Positions 1 to 10,143 are shown, counted from the first letter of the stretch. The stretch is DNA of 64,000 bases from Candidatus Bathyarchaeota archaeon (GCA_005888635.1 VBAW01000018.1:11391-75390), one strand, 5' to 3'. Notes: a model not told the origin generated them from the letters alone. Numbers and translations: made by a program.

Positions 1-156
1 AGAGGACCGGGCTGGGGAGGCCTCTTCCCCAACGAAGCCCTCATGTCTTCGGAAGATTTCCGGAAACACTACGACGAAGGATATCGAAGGATGAAGGACG
101 GCGGCTGGATCCCATCGAAGGCTCGTGGGCACAAGAAGGTCAGAGAGAAGACCTAG
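1..156 (+). CDS. 3' end of a CDS truncated by the window edge, product unknown
   Basis: Frame 1 is open from base 1 (RGPGWGGLFPNEALMSSEDFRKHYDEGYRRMKDGGW...) to TAG at 154-156. Confidence 0.55.
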   Translation, partial: RGPGWGGLFPNEALMSSEDFRKHYDEGYRRMKDGGWIPSKARGHKKVREKT

Positions 157-231
157 CCTCTCCAACCTTCACAGCCGCAAGGCGCCCCAAAGGTTCTACA
201 GGAGAAGCCGATTTGGGATGAGGTAACCGGG

Positions 232-600
232 CTACTCGTCCTCGAAGACCATCACGTCCTTTGTCTTCTTCACCATGTCGCCGAAGACTCCCTTGTAACG
301 GGTCGCTCGAATGGGAGTGTCGTCAATGTAGTGGTACTCGTCTCCTTCTCTGCGCCTGGGCTTGCCGAGGATTAGCTGGTGATACTTCACCCCGTGTTTT
401 TGTAACCACGTTAGAGTGGTTTCTCGATGCTCTTCTGTTCTGGCGGTGAAGAAGCAGATGAAATGCCCCTGGTCGTACCATTGATTGATCTTTGTGATCG
501 AGTCAGGATATGGCTGAGCGTTTGACATCAGCTCAGGATGCTCATTGTCCACATGCTCGCAGATGCACCCATCAATGTCGATAATGAAGATCTTCCTCAA
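232..600 (-). CDS. Small cap-less HAD-superfamily phosphatase
   Basis: Motif I IIDIDGCI, motif II FFTAR, GKP and YIDD motifs; TTG at 600 chosen as start. Confidence 0.8.
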   Translation of the reverse strand: MRKIFIIDIDGCICEHVDNEHPELMSNAQPYPDSITKINQWYDQGHFICFFTARTEEHRETTLTWLQKHGVKYHQLILGKPRRREGDEYHYIDDTPIRATRYKGVFGDMVKKTKDVMVFEDE

Positions 601-833
601 AACGAGACCCGTACTCAAATAGGTTATCGAATGCTTAGAACGTTCTGATTGCAACCCTCAGGGTAACATAAGTTTACTTTCGAAGAAAGAGTTCTCTAAA
701 ATTGACGCTGACATGCCTAGTATACTTGAACGGTGACAAAGCTCCAATTACTCCGGATAGCTAACGCAGCATTAGTGCATACGGTGCTCTGAGAAATCTG
801 AATTAGACTCAGGTCTGGGAGTCGGAAGAAACC

Positions 834-1190
834 GTGAGAAACAAGCACATTGCAGGATTCGTGATCGCCCTAGTCGTTGTTGCTGTTTTCGCATGGTACG
901 AAAGTCTTCCCCGACCGAATGGAGGCCCAATTAGTCCGACTGCGCACTGGACAGAATACGTACTGACGAAAAACGGAAACCATACCCAAGCTCAAGCCTC
1001 GTACAGTGATGGAGGAGTAAGCACGGAACAAGTCCTCTGGCTGAAATTCGACAATAGGACCGCGGTCTACAACTACTTCGGCTGCACTCCCTCAATGCCG
1101 GGCTGCACACTCGACGGCTGCGCTTTCACAGTCCTCAACGATACGCCTTCGGAATACCGTGTGAAGGTCTACTGTGCGCCTGGCGCCTGA
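834..1190 (+). CDS. Hypothetical secreted/membrane-anchored protein
   Basis: N-terminal hydrophobic segment, 4 Cys in the C-terminal half. Confidence 0.65.
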   Translation: MRNKHIAGFVIALVVVAVFAWYESLPRPNGGPISPTAHWTEYVLTKNGNHTQAQASYSDGGVSTEQVLWLKFDNRTAVYNYFGCTPSMPGCTLDGCAFTVLNDTPSEYRVKVYCAPGA

Positions 1191-1213
1191 AGTTTAATGC
1201 TCATGAATTTCCA

Positions 1214-1954
1214 TCAACGAGCTAGTTGAATAAATCTGACCAGTCCCGGTAGTGCGCGTAGATTAGGAACCTGATAATCGGGGTTGCCTCCCTGGTTTCC
1301 TCTGCGATGAACGATGACGGAGATCATACCGACAGCTTTTGCTCCCTCGATGTCGGTTCTGGGATTATCGCCGATGTAGATGCTAGATTTCGGCTGAACT
1401 CTGAGTTTTCTTGCTATTAGACTAAATGACTCATGGCCGGGCTTGACTCTAGGCGTGTCTTCGCCTGCCACCACGATAGCTTCGAAGAGGATGTGGAAAG
1501 GGACCTGTCGTATCCTCTTCCTCTTCATCCCCGGTGTCCCATCACTATCCGAGACGATACCTAGCTTGTAACCGGCGCGTTTCAGCTTGCGGACGGTCGG
1601 CTCTGCGTCCTTGAAAGGGGGACTGTTCGCCGCATAGACTCTCCAGTACTGAAGCGTTAGATCACGGATCCATTTTGGATCCATCCGCTTAAGCCCCAGT
1701 TCCTTGAACAGTGTCTTCCACCATACGTCTCTGTTGTACCGGAATTTTCGCCCCAACATCTCACGGTCGATACGTCGCAGATGTTCGAATAATGGGACAT
1801 AGCCGACAGAGTAGCCGTTTTTCTTCAGCTGCTTGGAAACAAGCTTCGCGACAGTAAGAAGTGCCAGTCTGGCCCCGATCGGCGATCTGAGCAGGGTGTT
1901 GTCTAGGTCGAAGACGACCGCTTCGATCTCTCGCGCCGGGATAGCTACTGCCTT
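1214..1954 (-). CDS. HAD-superfamily hydrolase (subfamily IA); start codon unresolved
   Basis: Frame extends 65 codons upstream of the ORF-track ATG and contains motif I (EAVVFDLDNTL); downstream VSD, KP and IGDNPRTDIEGA motifs; no ATG/GTG/TTG before motif I. Confidence 0.85.
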   Translation of the reverse strand, partial: KAVAIPAREIEAVVFDLDNTLLRSPIGARLALLTVAKLVSKQLKKNGYSVGYVPLFEHLRRIDREMLGRKFRYNRDVWWKTLFKELGLKRMDPKWIRDLTLQYWRVYAANSPPFKDAEPTVRKLKRAGYKLGIVSDSDGTPGMKRKRIRQVPFHILFEAIVVAGEDTPRVKPGHESFSLIARKLRVQPKSSIYIGDNPRTDIEGAKAVGMISVIVHRRGNQGGNPDYQVPNLRALPGLVRFIQLAR

Positions 1955-2731
1955 CTAGTTGTAGGTCTCTGGTCTTCGGTCGGCGAACCGTTCTCTACGG
2001 AGACGGTTATGGAATGAGAGGTCGATCTCCTGGACCGCAAATCCCTCTCCCATTCTGGAAACTGACGCGGTCTTTGGATGAGAGATCCTTGTTCTACGGT
2101 CCTCTCTCAAGCTAATGATCATGCTGTGGCCATCAAACCACGGCGGCGCGTACACATTCGGCGCGATTATCGGCATACGATTCTCCAAGCAGCGAACAGT
2201 AACGTACTGTTGCCATGGAGTGATTCCAGGCTTCACTATTCTCGAAGGGCAGAGTATCAATTCGACCCCGTTCAGTGCGTAGATGCGTGAGGGTTCAGGA
2301 AAATCAACGTCGTAGCAGACCAGTATGCCGATCTTGTAGCCCTTCAACTGGAAGACAGAGTAGGAACTCCCGGGCTTAGCGTACTTCCTCTCGAAACGGA
2401 ACAAGTGGACCTTGAACTGTCGCCCAATAATCTCCCCGTCTTCTCCAATCACTGGACTGCTGAGTCGCACGTGTCCCTTGACCTTTTCATAGAACGCCCC
2501 TCCCACCACAGCAACTCCGTACTCCTCAGCCAGCGACTGCAGGCCCGGCAGAGGACTCATAGGCGTCGGGATCGTCTTTTCCGGCAACCAATGTTCCGGC
2601 AGACAGATGATGTCCACCTCTTTTTCTGCGGCTTTCTTCGCGAGCTTCACGGCATGAAAGATAGTATCCTCTACCGACGCTTCGATCGGTTTGACCTGTA
2701 CTGCTGCGGCTCGGATGATCTTCTTCGCCAC
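1955..2731 (-). CDS. Carbon-nitrogen hydrolase (nitrilase family)
   Basis: Glu-Lys-Cys triad motifs CLPEHW, QFKVHLF, VCYDVDFPE. Confidence 0.9.
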   Translation of the reverse strand: MAKKIIRAAAVQVKPIEASVEDTIFHAVKLAKKAAEKEVDIICLPEHWLPEKTIPTPMSPLPGLQSLAEEYGVAVVGGAFYEKVKGHVRLSSPVIGEDGEIIGRQFKVHLFRFERKYAKPGSSYSVFQLKGYKIGILVCYDVDFPEPSRIYALNGVELILCPSRIVKPGITPWQQYVTVRCLENRMPIIAPNVYAPPWFDGHSMIISLREDRRTRISHPKTASVSRMGEGFAVQEIDLSFHNRLRRERFADRRPETYN

Positions 2732-2749
2732 TAAAGAGACAGTCCCAAG

Positions 2750-4003
2750 TTAGTCTCTCATTCTCTTGACCGCCAGGTCAACTAGCTGCCGCGCAACCTC
2801 CCGCTTCTCAGCCAGAGGAATATGCACTACCTTCTTTCGGCCATCTACGACATAGAGTTCGTTCGTATCCGCTTGGAATCCTACGCCTTCAAGACCAACA
2901 TCGTTCGCAGCAACAAGATCAGCATTCTTCTCGTGTATTATCTTGAAGGCTTCATCGATGAGCTCTTCATTGGACACTTTGTGTTCCGTCTTGAATGCTA
3001 CGAGGTAGGTCTTCGGGCTCGCTTTCCGGATCTCCTCCAATATCTTGGGAGTTGCGCGAAGTTCCAGGTTGATCTGTGGTTTCTCGCGGGTCTTGATCTT
3101 CTTCGGAGCGACCGTTACGGGCCTGTAATCGGTTGGAGCGCCTGCAGCGAAGACTAGATCCGGGGCGGTCTTCTTGAGTTCTCCGAGAACCGCTTCCAGC
3201 AGCTCGCTTGTACTCTCGACCCTGATTGTCTTAATGGCTGAAGGCGGATTTACTGTCCCGGGACCCAGAATCAATGTCGTGTCAGCACCGCGCGAAGCAA
3301 CCTCCTCCGCGATGGCTACGCCCATCTTCCCAGAGCTCCGATTGGTTACGACGCGGACAGGATCGATGTGTTCGATTGTTGGACCTGCGGTCACTAGAAC
3401 TCGCCGACCCTCTAGGTCCCGACTTTGACTGGTCGAGAATCGCGCGATAATCGAACGAACTATATTCTCGGTTGACGCAATCTTTGCCTTGCCCTCCGAG
3501 ACCTCCGGCTCGATAAATTCTACTCCAATCTTCTTGAGCCGTGAGATGTTCTCTTGGACAATGGGATGATCGTACAAGGGCTCGTGCATCGCAGGCGCAA
3601 TCATTACCAGTATTCGTGAGCCTATGGCGGTCGCGGCAACTGTCGTAACAGGAGTGTCATCGATTCCAGACGCTAACTTTCCAATCGTATTAGCGGTTGC
3701 AGGTGCGATGAGAACTATGTCTGCGTGGCCTTCGCTTTTTCCCCCGAGCGCAATGTGTTCGAGTTTGCCCGTCAGATGTGTGACTACGGGGTTTCCCGTG
3801 GCCCATTCGAGAAGATCCGCCCCAATCATCTTCTCTGTGGATGGAGAGGTGACGGCGTGAACGTCTGCTCCGTGGCGCATGAGTTCGCGAGCTATCTCGG
3901 GTGCCTTGAACGAGGCTACACTACTTGTCACGAGGAGAGCGATTTTCTTTCCAGCCAGTTCCCGCCCTTTGGAGGAGATGATGTCTTTAGAGGGATGACT
4001 CAA
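2750..4003 (-). CDS. coaBC: Bifunctional phosphopantothenoylcysteine decarboxylase/synthetase
   Basis: IAPATANTIGK, PAMHEPLY, VTAGPTIEHIDPVRVVTNRSSGKMG, AFKTE motifs; archaeal HPSKDI N-terminus. Confidence 0.95.
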   Translation of the reverse strand: MSHPSKDIISSKGRELAGKKIALLVTSSVASFKAPEIARELMRHGADVHAVTSPSTEKMIGADLLEWATGNPVVTHLTGKLEHIALGGKSEGHADIVLIAPATANTIGKLASGIDDTPVTTVAATAIGSRILVMIAPAMHEPLYDHPIVQENISRLKKIGVEFIEPEVSEGKAKIASTENIVRSIIARFSTSQSRDLEGRRVLVTAGPTIEHIDPVRVVTNRSSGKMGVAIAEEVASRGADTTLILGPGTVNPPSAIKTIRVESTSELLEAVLGELKKTAPDLVFAAGAPTDYRPVTVAPKKIKTREKPQINLELRATPKILEEIRKASPKTYLVAFKTEHKVSNEELIDEAFKIIHEKNADLVAANDVGLEGVGFQADTNELYVVDGRKKVVHIPLAEKREVARQLVDLAVKRMRD

Positions 4004-4019
4004 GGCATAGGCCGTCCTG

Positions 4020-4286
4020 CTACCTCTTCAACCGCCCAGTCTCGTAAGCTTCGTCCAATAGCTGGATTATCTCATTGAGAGTGTACTTGCCAGCGGAGGA
4101 TGGTATCCTGCGAAGGATGTCAGGTAAGGCGGGTAGCATCGGTCGTATGAATGCTGGAATCTTTTCGTACATCGCCTGTACTCCTGCTATGATCTCCGTC
4201 GCATCCTTGCCGTCGATGCTGGTCCCTTTCGGTTTCGCCTTGACGTTCTTGCCACTCAACATTCTCACAGCCTGACTGCCGCTCAT
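4020..4286 (-). CDS. Hypothetical small protein upstream of coaBC
   Basis: ATG-started 88-aa ORF ending 16 nt before coaBC on the same strand. Confidence 0.6.
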   Translation of the reverse strand: MSGSQAVRMLSGKNVKAKPKGTSIDGKDATEIIAGVQAMYEKIPAFIRPMLPALPDILRRIPSSAGKYTLNEIIQLLDEAYETGRLKR

Positions 4287-4406
4287 TGCATTACCCTATA
4301 ATTGGTTCTCGTTAGGCTGAAGTCGCCCACCAGGCTGATTTGAGATAGGCCTCCCTGCTGTACGAACGTCTCTAAAGATTCCGTGGAAGTTTTAGCAGTG
4401 TCTCAG

Positions 4407-5468
4407 TCAGGGGAATAGGGGAGCAGGTGACTCTCCAAAGCCTGGGAGACTAGTCTGTAGTGCTGAACGATGCAAGAGAGTCCATTGGTGCCATTTTCTC
4501 CAGAGTCGACGCGAGAAGAGGATGAAGAATAGGTCGGCGACGATTATCAGCGGGTTGGCAAGGCCGATGCTTGCTATCAGACCGAAAACAGCGATTGGAA
4601 AGACCAGTCCTATGCTAAGCGCTACCTTCTCTTCTTGATTGTTCACTGTTCCCATCGACTTGTAAGCTCTCGTCAAGATGAACGCAGCAAGTATGATGTC
4701 TAACACGAAGGGGATTTCTGGGGGAAGATTTGCTCCCGCTGCGATTCCTCCGGCGAGGAGAGTTGCTGGAAACAATAGCGCGCCCGCGAAGGCGAACTTG
4801 CGTGGGCTCCACCTTGGTTGGCCCGGGTTGGTTCTAAGGAAATTGTCGGGAAGTTTTCTCGCTAAGACCACAAAAGTTGCGGCGACGAGCCCAGAGAAGA
4901 GAAGCAGGGTCCCGCCCGGATTATAGCCTGAGTAAATAGCCGAGACGAAGATAAAGAGGAAAATCGAGTCGGCAATAAGACAGAGGGCTGTCGCCGCTAG
5001 TCGCGTACCGGACACGAGGCTCTTTGTTTTTAGTTCTGGAAAGACGAGTCCGAAGAGGAAGATCGGTAGTCCGATGCTGTAGACAGAGTGGAATATCAAC
5101 AGTCCAACGGTCCAGACCCAGTTTACTCCTAGCCAGTGACCGTAGAAGCCGAGGTTACCGACGGGGCCTGCGTTCGAATAGAAGAGGGTCCAAAGGTCCA
5201 ATCCTTCCTCGACAATCCCATATGCGACTCCGAGGAGGAAGACTGAGGCCCAGCCTTTCTTCCATCGAATCATCGCTTCGCGTATCAATATGACTCCTGA
5301 ACCGTATAATCCGACGTTAGCAGCGAGGAACAGGAAGAAGAGAGGAGGGAAAACGACTAGCAGGGTGATCTGGCTTGACGCGGAAAGGTACTCTGGAATG
5401 CCGGGGGTTAGGAGAAGCAGGAATAGTATTGGATGAGACTTGAGAAACCGGACTAATTTAGAGAGCAT
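4407..5468 (-). CDS. Polytopic membrane protein, unknown function
   Basis: About 10 hydrophobic segments; TPGIPEYL and AYGIVEEGL motifs; ATG at 5468 avoids overlap with the divergent gene. Confidence 0.8.
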   Translation of the reverse strand: MLSKLVRFLKSHPILFLLLLTPGIPEYLSASSQITLLVVFPPLFFLFLAANVGLYGSGVILIREAMIRWKKGWASVFLLGVAYGIVEEGLDLWTLFYSNAGPVGNLGFYGHWLGVNWVWTVGLLIFHSVYSIGLPIFLFGLVFPELKTKSLVSGTRLAATALCLIADSIFLFIFVSAIYSGYNPGGTLLLFSGLVAATFVVLARKLPDNFLRTNPGQPRWSPRKFAFAGALLFPATLLAGGIAAGANLPPEIPFVLDIILAAFILTRAYKSMGTVNNQEEKVALSIGLVFPIAVFGLIASIGLANPLIIVADLFFILFSRRLWRKWHQWTLLHRSALQTSLPGFGESPAPLFP

Positions 5469-5582
5469 ACTGACTGACTTCGGGCTCGGGCTAGTTGGGA
5501 AGGGCGATGCCAAAGGCTTGGACCTCACAGCAGGGATTACCTGTCTGAGGCTATCTGAGAATTCAACATACTGTTCCCTGCG

Positions 5583-6089
5583 GTGGAGAGTGTCTTGAAC
5601 AAGGAAGAAGTCGATTGGCCTCAGAAGCTGTTCATCAAACACGCAAACCTATTCTTGAGACTGTTGCAGAATAGGGCAGAATCGGCGAAGCTCGAAGTCG
5701 ACGGACTAGTCCGAATCTTTGAAGAGTTCAAGGTCTCGACGCATTCGAGAATCCTTGACGTTTCTTGTGGAATCGGTCGCCACTCGATCCCGCTAGCACA
5801 GAGAGGATACGATGTTCTCGGGCTAGACCTCTCACCTCTCTTCATAGCCAACGCGAGAGCGACGGCGAAAGCACGGAAGGTCAATTCCCACGCAAAGTTT
5901 CGCGTTGCAGACGTGAGAAAGGTCGCAAGTGTCCTCAGACTGAGCAGACGTTCGATGTGGTTCTGAACCTCTGAGCTGAGAGCTTTGCTTGCAAGCGCGG
6001 GGTGGCGATACGTTAAGAGCTATGGCGAATTCGACCTCACACCGTTCAAACCCGACTCCAAACGAATAATCGCCTGCTGTCGAGCCTAA
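5583..6089 (+). pseudogene. Class I SAM-dependent methyltransferase pseudogene (frameshift plus internal deletion)
   Basis: ILDVSCGIGRH, GLDLS and ADVR motifs; EQTFDVVLNL continues in a shifted frame to 5974; C-terminal tail ELRALLASAGWRYVKSYGEFDLTPFKPDSKRII at 5973-6089; middle of the fold missing. Confidence 0.8.
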
Positions 6090-6127
6090 ATTGTGACTGA
6101 AGTCTTGGTTTCTTCGAGTCTCAGGAT

Positions 6128-6973
6128 TCACAGTCCATGTTTCTCGAGGGGTTCTGCAAGGAGTTCCTGGAATCGTCTATGTTTCGCTCTCCCTCCAAAT
6201 TCGTCCCTTATGAGACGGAGGGTTTCTTTGCAGAGTCTTGATGCTGATCGATAAACCTTCGAGGTATCGGATGTTCCTTGTATTCCGAGAGCTATGGGAT
6301 AGTCATCTCTTAGGTGTCGGGGTCTATTAACGGCCTTCAGTACTTGATGCCAAACGTAGTTCTCGCTGATAATCCAAATGTCATTCAACACGATAAGCGC
6401 CCTTTCTGCACACTGCGCAATGATCCGAGCCGAATGTCTCGTCATGTAATCGTCTCTTTTCCGCCAGCCGTTCCTCATCTTGCCTGAATACTCGATCATG
6501 TAGTAGTAAGTGTCCCAGAGAGATTTTTCCACGACCTTGTGCGGAGGCTTCGCTCCTTTCCAGCGTAGCAGAACCCTCCGAATGATGCCTTTCGGGTCGT
6601 AGAGGACCTTGGTTGCTAGCGCGCTGCCTCGAGCCCAAAAGAAAGCTTTTGGATCAGTGAACTCCTTTTCCAACTCCGCAATCTTGAGAAATCCTATTCC
6701 AACATGGATGTCTCCGTCGAAATATGAGAAGTCTGACGGCTTCTTTCCACTCCTTATCACGGCTAACATGTCAATGTCGCTGAAGGGTCCCGGCTCACCC
6801 CTCGCGACGCTTCCATGCACGAGAACGCCGATCACACTCGGATATTCTCGCCTCACAAAGGATGCAGCACGTTTTGCTGTTTCGTCAAAAAGCCGCTTCA
6901 ACTCAATTCGCGTCAAGCTTTCCAGCGCGGTCAAGATTCCTTCACCTGGGAGAATCGCTAAGGCTGTCGCCAT
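6128..6973 (-). CDS. Nucleotidyltransferase, kanamycin nucleotidyltransferase (ANT(4'))-like
   Basis: VLVHGSVARGEPGPFSDIDM pol-beta motif followed by a helical C-terminal domain. Confidence 0.75.
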   Translation of the reverse strand: MATALAILPGEGILTALESLTRIELKRLFDETAKRAASFVRREYPSVIGVLVHGSVARGEPGPFSDIDMLAVIRSGKKPSDFSYFDGDIHVGIGFLKIAELEKEFTDPKAFFWARGSALATKVLYDPKGIIRRVLLRWKGAKPPHKVVEKSLWDTYYYMIEYSGKMRNGWRKRDDYMTRHSARIIAQCAERALIVLNDIWIISENYVWHQVLKAVNRPRHLRDDYPIALGIQGTSDTSKVYRSASRLCKETLRLIRDEFGGRAKHRRFQELLAEPLEKHGL

Positions 6974-7704
6974 CTAGCTACTCGCGAAGTTACTGCTAGG
7001 GCGATTGCGAGTGAGACTGCGATCAGGAGCCAGCCTGTCAGGGGGGACCAGTAGGGTAGGGTCGGGGTGCTGCCCATAGCGTCCCGTATGAGAAGGGCGG
7101 CATTCGTTGTCGGAATTGCATAGGTGACTAGCAGAATGTTGTGTGGAAGAATCTCGGCCGGGTAGAAGACGGGCGGTAGGATTCCAACTAGGACGCTTAG
7201 AAGTAGTCCCGACTGCCATCCGTTTCGCAGATTCGAAGTGAAGGTCGAGACAAGGTAGCCGATTGCGGATGAGAAGAGCCAGACTCCTGCGAGCGACAAT
7301 AGTACAATGGGAAGAGCGATTAGAGGAAGTCCGATGTACACCAGCAGCGGTAATAGCACTACCAGTGCGGGGGAAGCGAAGAAGAGTCCCGCGAATGCGA
7401 TACCTAGCAGGTAGCCTAGCTGGTTGACTGGACTCGCGACGAAAAAGTCCTGCAGCTTCGTCTCTAATCTATACCACGTTGCGTCGCCTGCGAGTCCCGT
7501 CCCGACAGTTGAAAGGACCAGCAACAATGAGCCGATTACTCCTAGCGCGAAGGATCGTCCGCCCGTTGTGACGGTGATAATGAAGAGTAGGCTGAACGGA
7601 GTTGCGAATAGCCAGACAAGGCTCAGTAGGTTTCTTCGGAGCCAAGTTATTGAGAGCATGTAGCCTATTACGACCGCGGCTCGGAACTGTTTTGAACCGC
7701 TCAT
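6958..7704 (-). CDS. ABC-2 type exporter permease
   Basis: Six TM segments, ASPVN and PPVFYP motifs; ATGA overlap with the ATPase. Confidence 0.9.
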   Translation of the reverse strand: MSGSKQFRAAVVIGYMLSITWLRRNLLSLVWLFATPFSLLFIITVTTGGRSFALGVIGSLLLVLSTVGTGLAGDATWYRLETKLQDFFVASPVNQLGYLLGIAFAGLFFASPALVVLLPLLVYIGLPLIALPIVLLSLAGVWLFSSAIGYLVSTFTSNLRNGWQSGLLLSVLVGILPPVFYPAEILPHNILLVTYAIPTTNAALLIRDAMGSTPTLPYWSPLTGWLLIAVSLAIALAVTSRVARWRQP

Positions 7705-8606
7705 TCCTCGGCCCTCCCGACGAGATCCACGAACAGATCCTCCAATGACACTCTTGCAAGGCCTACATCAGAACCGCGCTTCAATGCTTCATCGGCCAGC
7801 TCTCTTCCCAGTCGATCGTCTGTTAGGACTCTGAATCTCTCAGCCAGTTTCACAACTCGACCATAATTGTTCAGTTCTTCCTCGGAAAAGGTCGAACCGA
7901 CAATGTCGACGCGGACATGTTCTTTCACGTTCCGGAGAAGCTCTGCTGGACTCCCTGACAAGACCATTTTTCCATGGTCAATTATCGCAACGTTGTTGGA
8001 AAGTATCTCGGCCTCGTCGATGTAATGAGTCGTCAGCAGTATGCTTCGTCCCTCCTTCTGGATCTCGTTGAGAACACCCCATATTCTACGGCGGGTGACC
8101 GCGTCAAGTCCCAGTGTAGGCTCGTCAAGAAAGATGAGCTCTGCGTCTGTCGCCACGGCCATCGCTACGCGGACCCGTTGTTTCAGTCCACCGGACAGCG
8201 AGTCAGCAGGCTGGTTGCGGTATTCTGTCAGCTCCAACCGCTCTATCGTTTTCTCTGATCTCTCGTGTGCCTGGTTCCGCGACATGCCCCGGGCTAGGAG
8301 CGTCAAATAGACGTGGTCCCACGGCGTCAAGGGTCCTATCGTGCTGCCCTCTTGAGGTACGACCGCGATCTTACTCCTGATCTGTAATGGCTCATCTCTG
8401 ACATCATGTCCCAGAACTGAAATTCTGCCCTTGCTCGGCATCAGCTGCGTTGCAGCGATTCTGAGAAACGTGGTCTTGCCCGCGCCGTTGCGGCCGAGGA
8501 GGGTGAAAATCTCGCCGCGACCAATTGTTAAGGTGATGTCTGAGAGGGCTTGTGTCCTAGAACGGTGGTAGATCTTTGATAGAGACACGGCTTCTATTAC
8601 ATTCAA
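7701..8606 (-). CDS. ABC exporter ATP-binding protein (DrrA/NodI-like)
   Basis: Walker A GRNGAGKTT, LSGG, LDEPT, TTHY, SLEDLF tail. Confidence 0.95.
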   Translation of the reverse strand: MNVIEAVSLSKIYHRSRTQALSDITLTIGRGEIFTLLGRNGAGKTTFLRIAATQLMPSKGRISVLGHDVRDEPLQIRSKIAVVPQEGSTIGPLTPWDHVYLTLLARGMSRNQAHERSEKTIERLELTEYRNQPADSLSGGLKQRVRVAMAVATDAELIFLDEPTLGLDAVTRRRIWGVLNEIQKEGRSILLTTHYIDEAEILSNNVAIIDHGKMVLSGSPAELLRNVKEHVRVDIVGSTFSEEELNNYGRVVKLAERFRVLTDDRLGRELADEALKRGSDVGLARVSLEDLFVDLVGRAEE

Positions 8607-8781
8607 TTATAGATCCTTCCATCTAATCCACCGATATCTGCGGACCCGACTACCCTCGCTGGAAAGCGATAACAAATCCGGATTTCAGCTTTTGCCTATG
8701 GTCGGTCAGGTCAAGCGAACAGTCCCAGCCGTCTCAATCTGATTGTGACAACATGAACCATATGAGAACAACTCAAGTCCG

Positions 8782-9171
8782 ATGAGCATCATGGGGAAAA
8801 TACACAAGGTCGAGAAGTTCTTCGATGTTCTGATGAGCTTCGCCACCCTCGTTGGTTTCGCAAGCACGGCTTATCTTGTCTGGATCTTCCTCAACACTCC
8901 ACCGACCATCGTCGTATCGACAACGACTGTAGGGGCCCCCGGCATCGTCGGGTATCCGGTACAGACATACGTCATTCAGGGAGTTCCGTTCTTCTGGATA
9001 TTTACAAGTCTGATTTCTCTCTCAGCAGGTCACACTTATCGAGCTGCCAAACACTTGATCCTGACCTTGGCAGGAAAACACTACTTCCCACACGCTCCAC
9101 ACCTCATGAACACTCAACCAACCCCAACACCAACCGCACCGAGACTAAGACAAACAGAACCCAACCAGTAA
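8782..9171 (+). CDS. Hypothetical two-TM membrane protein
   Basis: Two hydrophobic segments, Pro/Thr-rich tail. Confidence 0.65.
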   Translation: MSIMGKIHKVEKFFDVLMSFATLVGFASTAYLVWIFLNTPPTIVVSTTTVGAPGIVGYPVQTYVIQGVPFFWIFTSLISLSAGHTYRAAKHLILTLAGKHYFPHAPHLMNTQPTPTPTAPRLRQTEPNQ

Positions 9172-9267
9172 GGCAACCAATGCCAGTCGGCTGGCAACTC
9201 TTCTGATCTGAGAGTCGAGCAACTTGGGCCCAAACATTATTCCCGGCCGTTCGACCATACTCCACCG

Positions 9268-10143
9268 ATGAACCCGCTATTGGATGTTCGCAACGTCGAC
9301 ATGACTGGCAAAGTATGCCTGATCACGGGAGGGAATTCGGGAATAGGCAAAGCCACAGCAATGGGTCTGGCAAAGCTAAACGCTTCAGTTGTCATAGTTT
9401 CCCGAGACAAGGACAAAGGCGAAGCTACACTCATTGAAATGAGAGCAAAGAGTGGAAATAGAAACGTCGACGCGATGACTGCCGATCTGTCGTCCCAAGA
9501 TTCAGTCCGCGAACTGGCTCACGATTTCAAGGGCCGATACAAGAAGCTCCACGTTCTCATCAACAATGCCGGGATCTTCTTGCCGAAGCGGGTCCAGACG
9601 GTCGATGGACTCGAGGCAACCTTTGCTACAAACCACCTTGGACACTTTCTTCTCACCAATCTACTCTTGGACGTGTTGAAGGCCAGCGCGCCGTCGCGGA
9701 TCATCAACCTAACGTCCTCTGCACACTATGGGACTGAGATGGATTTCGAGGATCTTCAGGGCGAGAAGAAGTATAGCGGATACCACGCCTACAGCCAGTC
9801 AAAACTAGCCAACGTTCTCTTCACGTATCAACTGGCAAAACAGCTGGAGGGCACAGGGGTCACGGTCAACAGTCTTCACCCTGGGGTTGTCAGAACGGGC
9901 TTTGGAAGAGATCAGGGCGGCCTCATGTCGATTCTTGTCACAGTGGGCCGTCCTTTCATGATTAGTCCAGACAGGGCTGCTCGAGCTGCAATTTATCTCG
10001 CAACGTCGCCAGAATTGGAAGGCGCTACTGGAAAATTCTTCTCAAGAGGGAAAGAAAAGAGATCATCTAGAGAATCCTACGACGAGACCTCCGCTGAGAG
10101 ACTATGGAAGGTAAGCGAAGAGCTAACAAGACTAAACGCCTGA
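9268..10143 (+). CDS. Short-chain dehydrogenase/reductase (retinol dehydrogenase/WWOX-like)
   Basis: TGGNSGIG, NNAG, NHLGHFLLT, YSQSK, HPGVV. Confidence 0.95.
   Translation: MNPLLDVRNVDMTGKVCLITGGNSGIGKATAMGLAKLNASVVIVSRDKDKGEATLIEMRAKSGNRNVDAMTADLSSQDSVRELAHDFKGRYKKLHVLINNAGIFLPKRVQTVDGLEATFATNHLGHFLLTNLLLDVLKASAPSRIINLTSSAHYGTEMDFEDLQGEKKYSGYHAYSQSKLANVLFTYQLAKQLEGTGVTVNSLHPGVVRTGFGRDQGGLMSILVTVGRPFMISPDRAARAAIYLATSPELEGATGKFFSRGKEKRSSRESYDETSAERLWKVSEELTRLNA

Noticed and set aside
1955-1957. Genome-wide TAG recoding (pyrrolysine or alternative code)
   Set aside because: Many genes (purC, purL, purQ, pit, oppB) end in TAG at their natural C-termini; only one in-frame case was seen and no pyl genes are present
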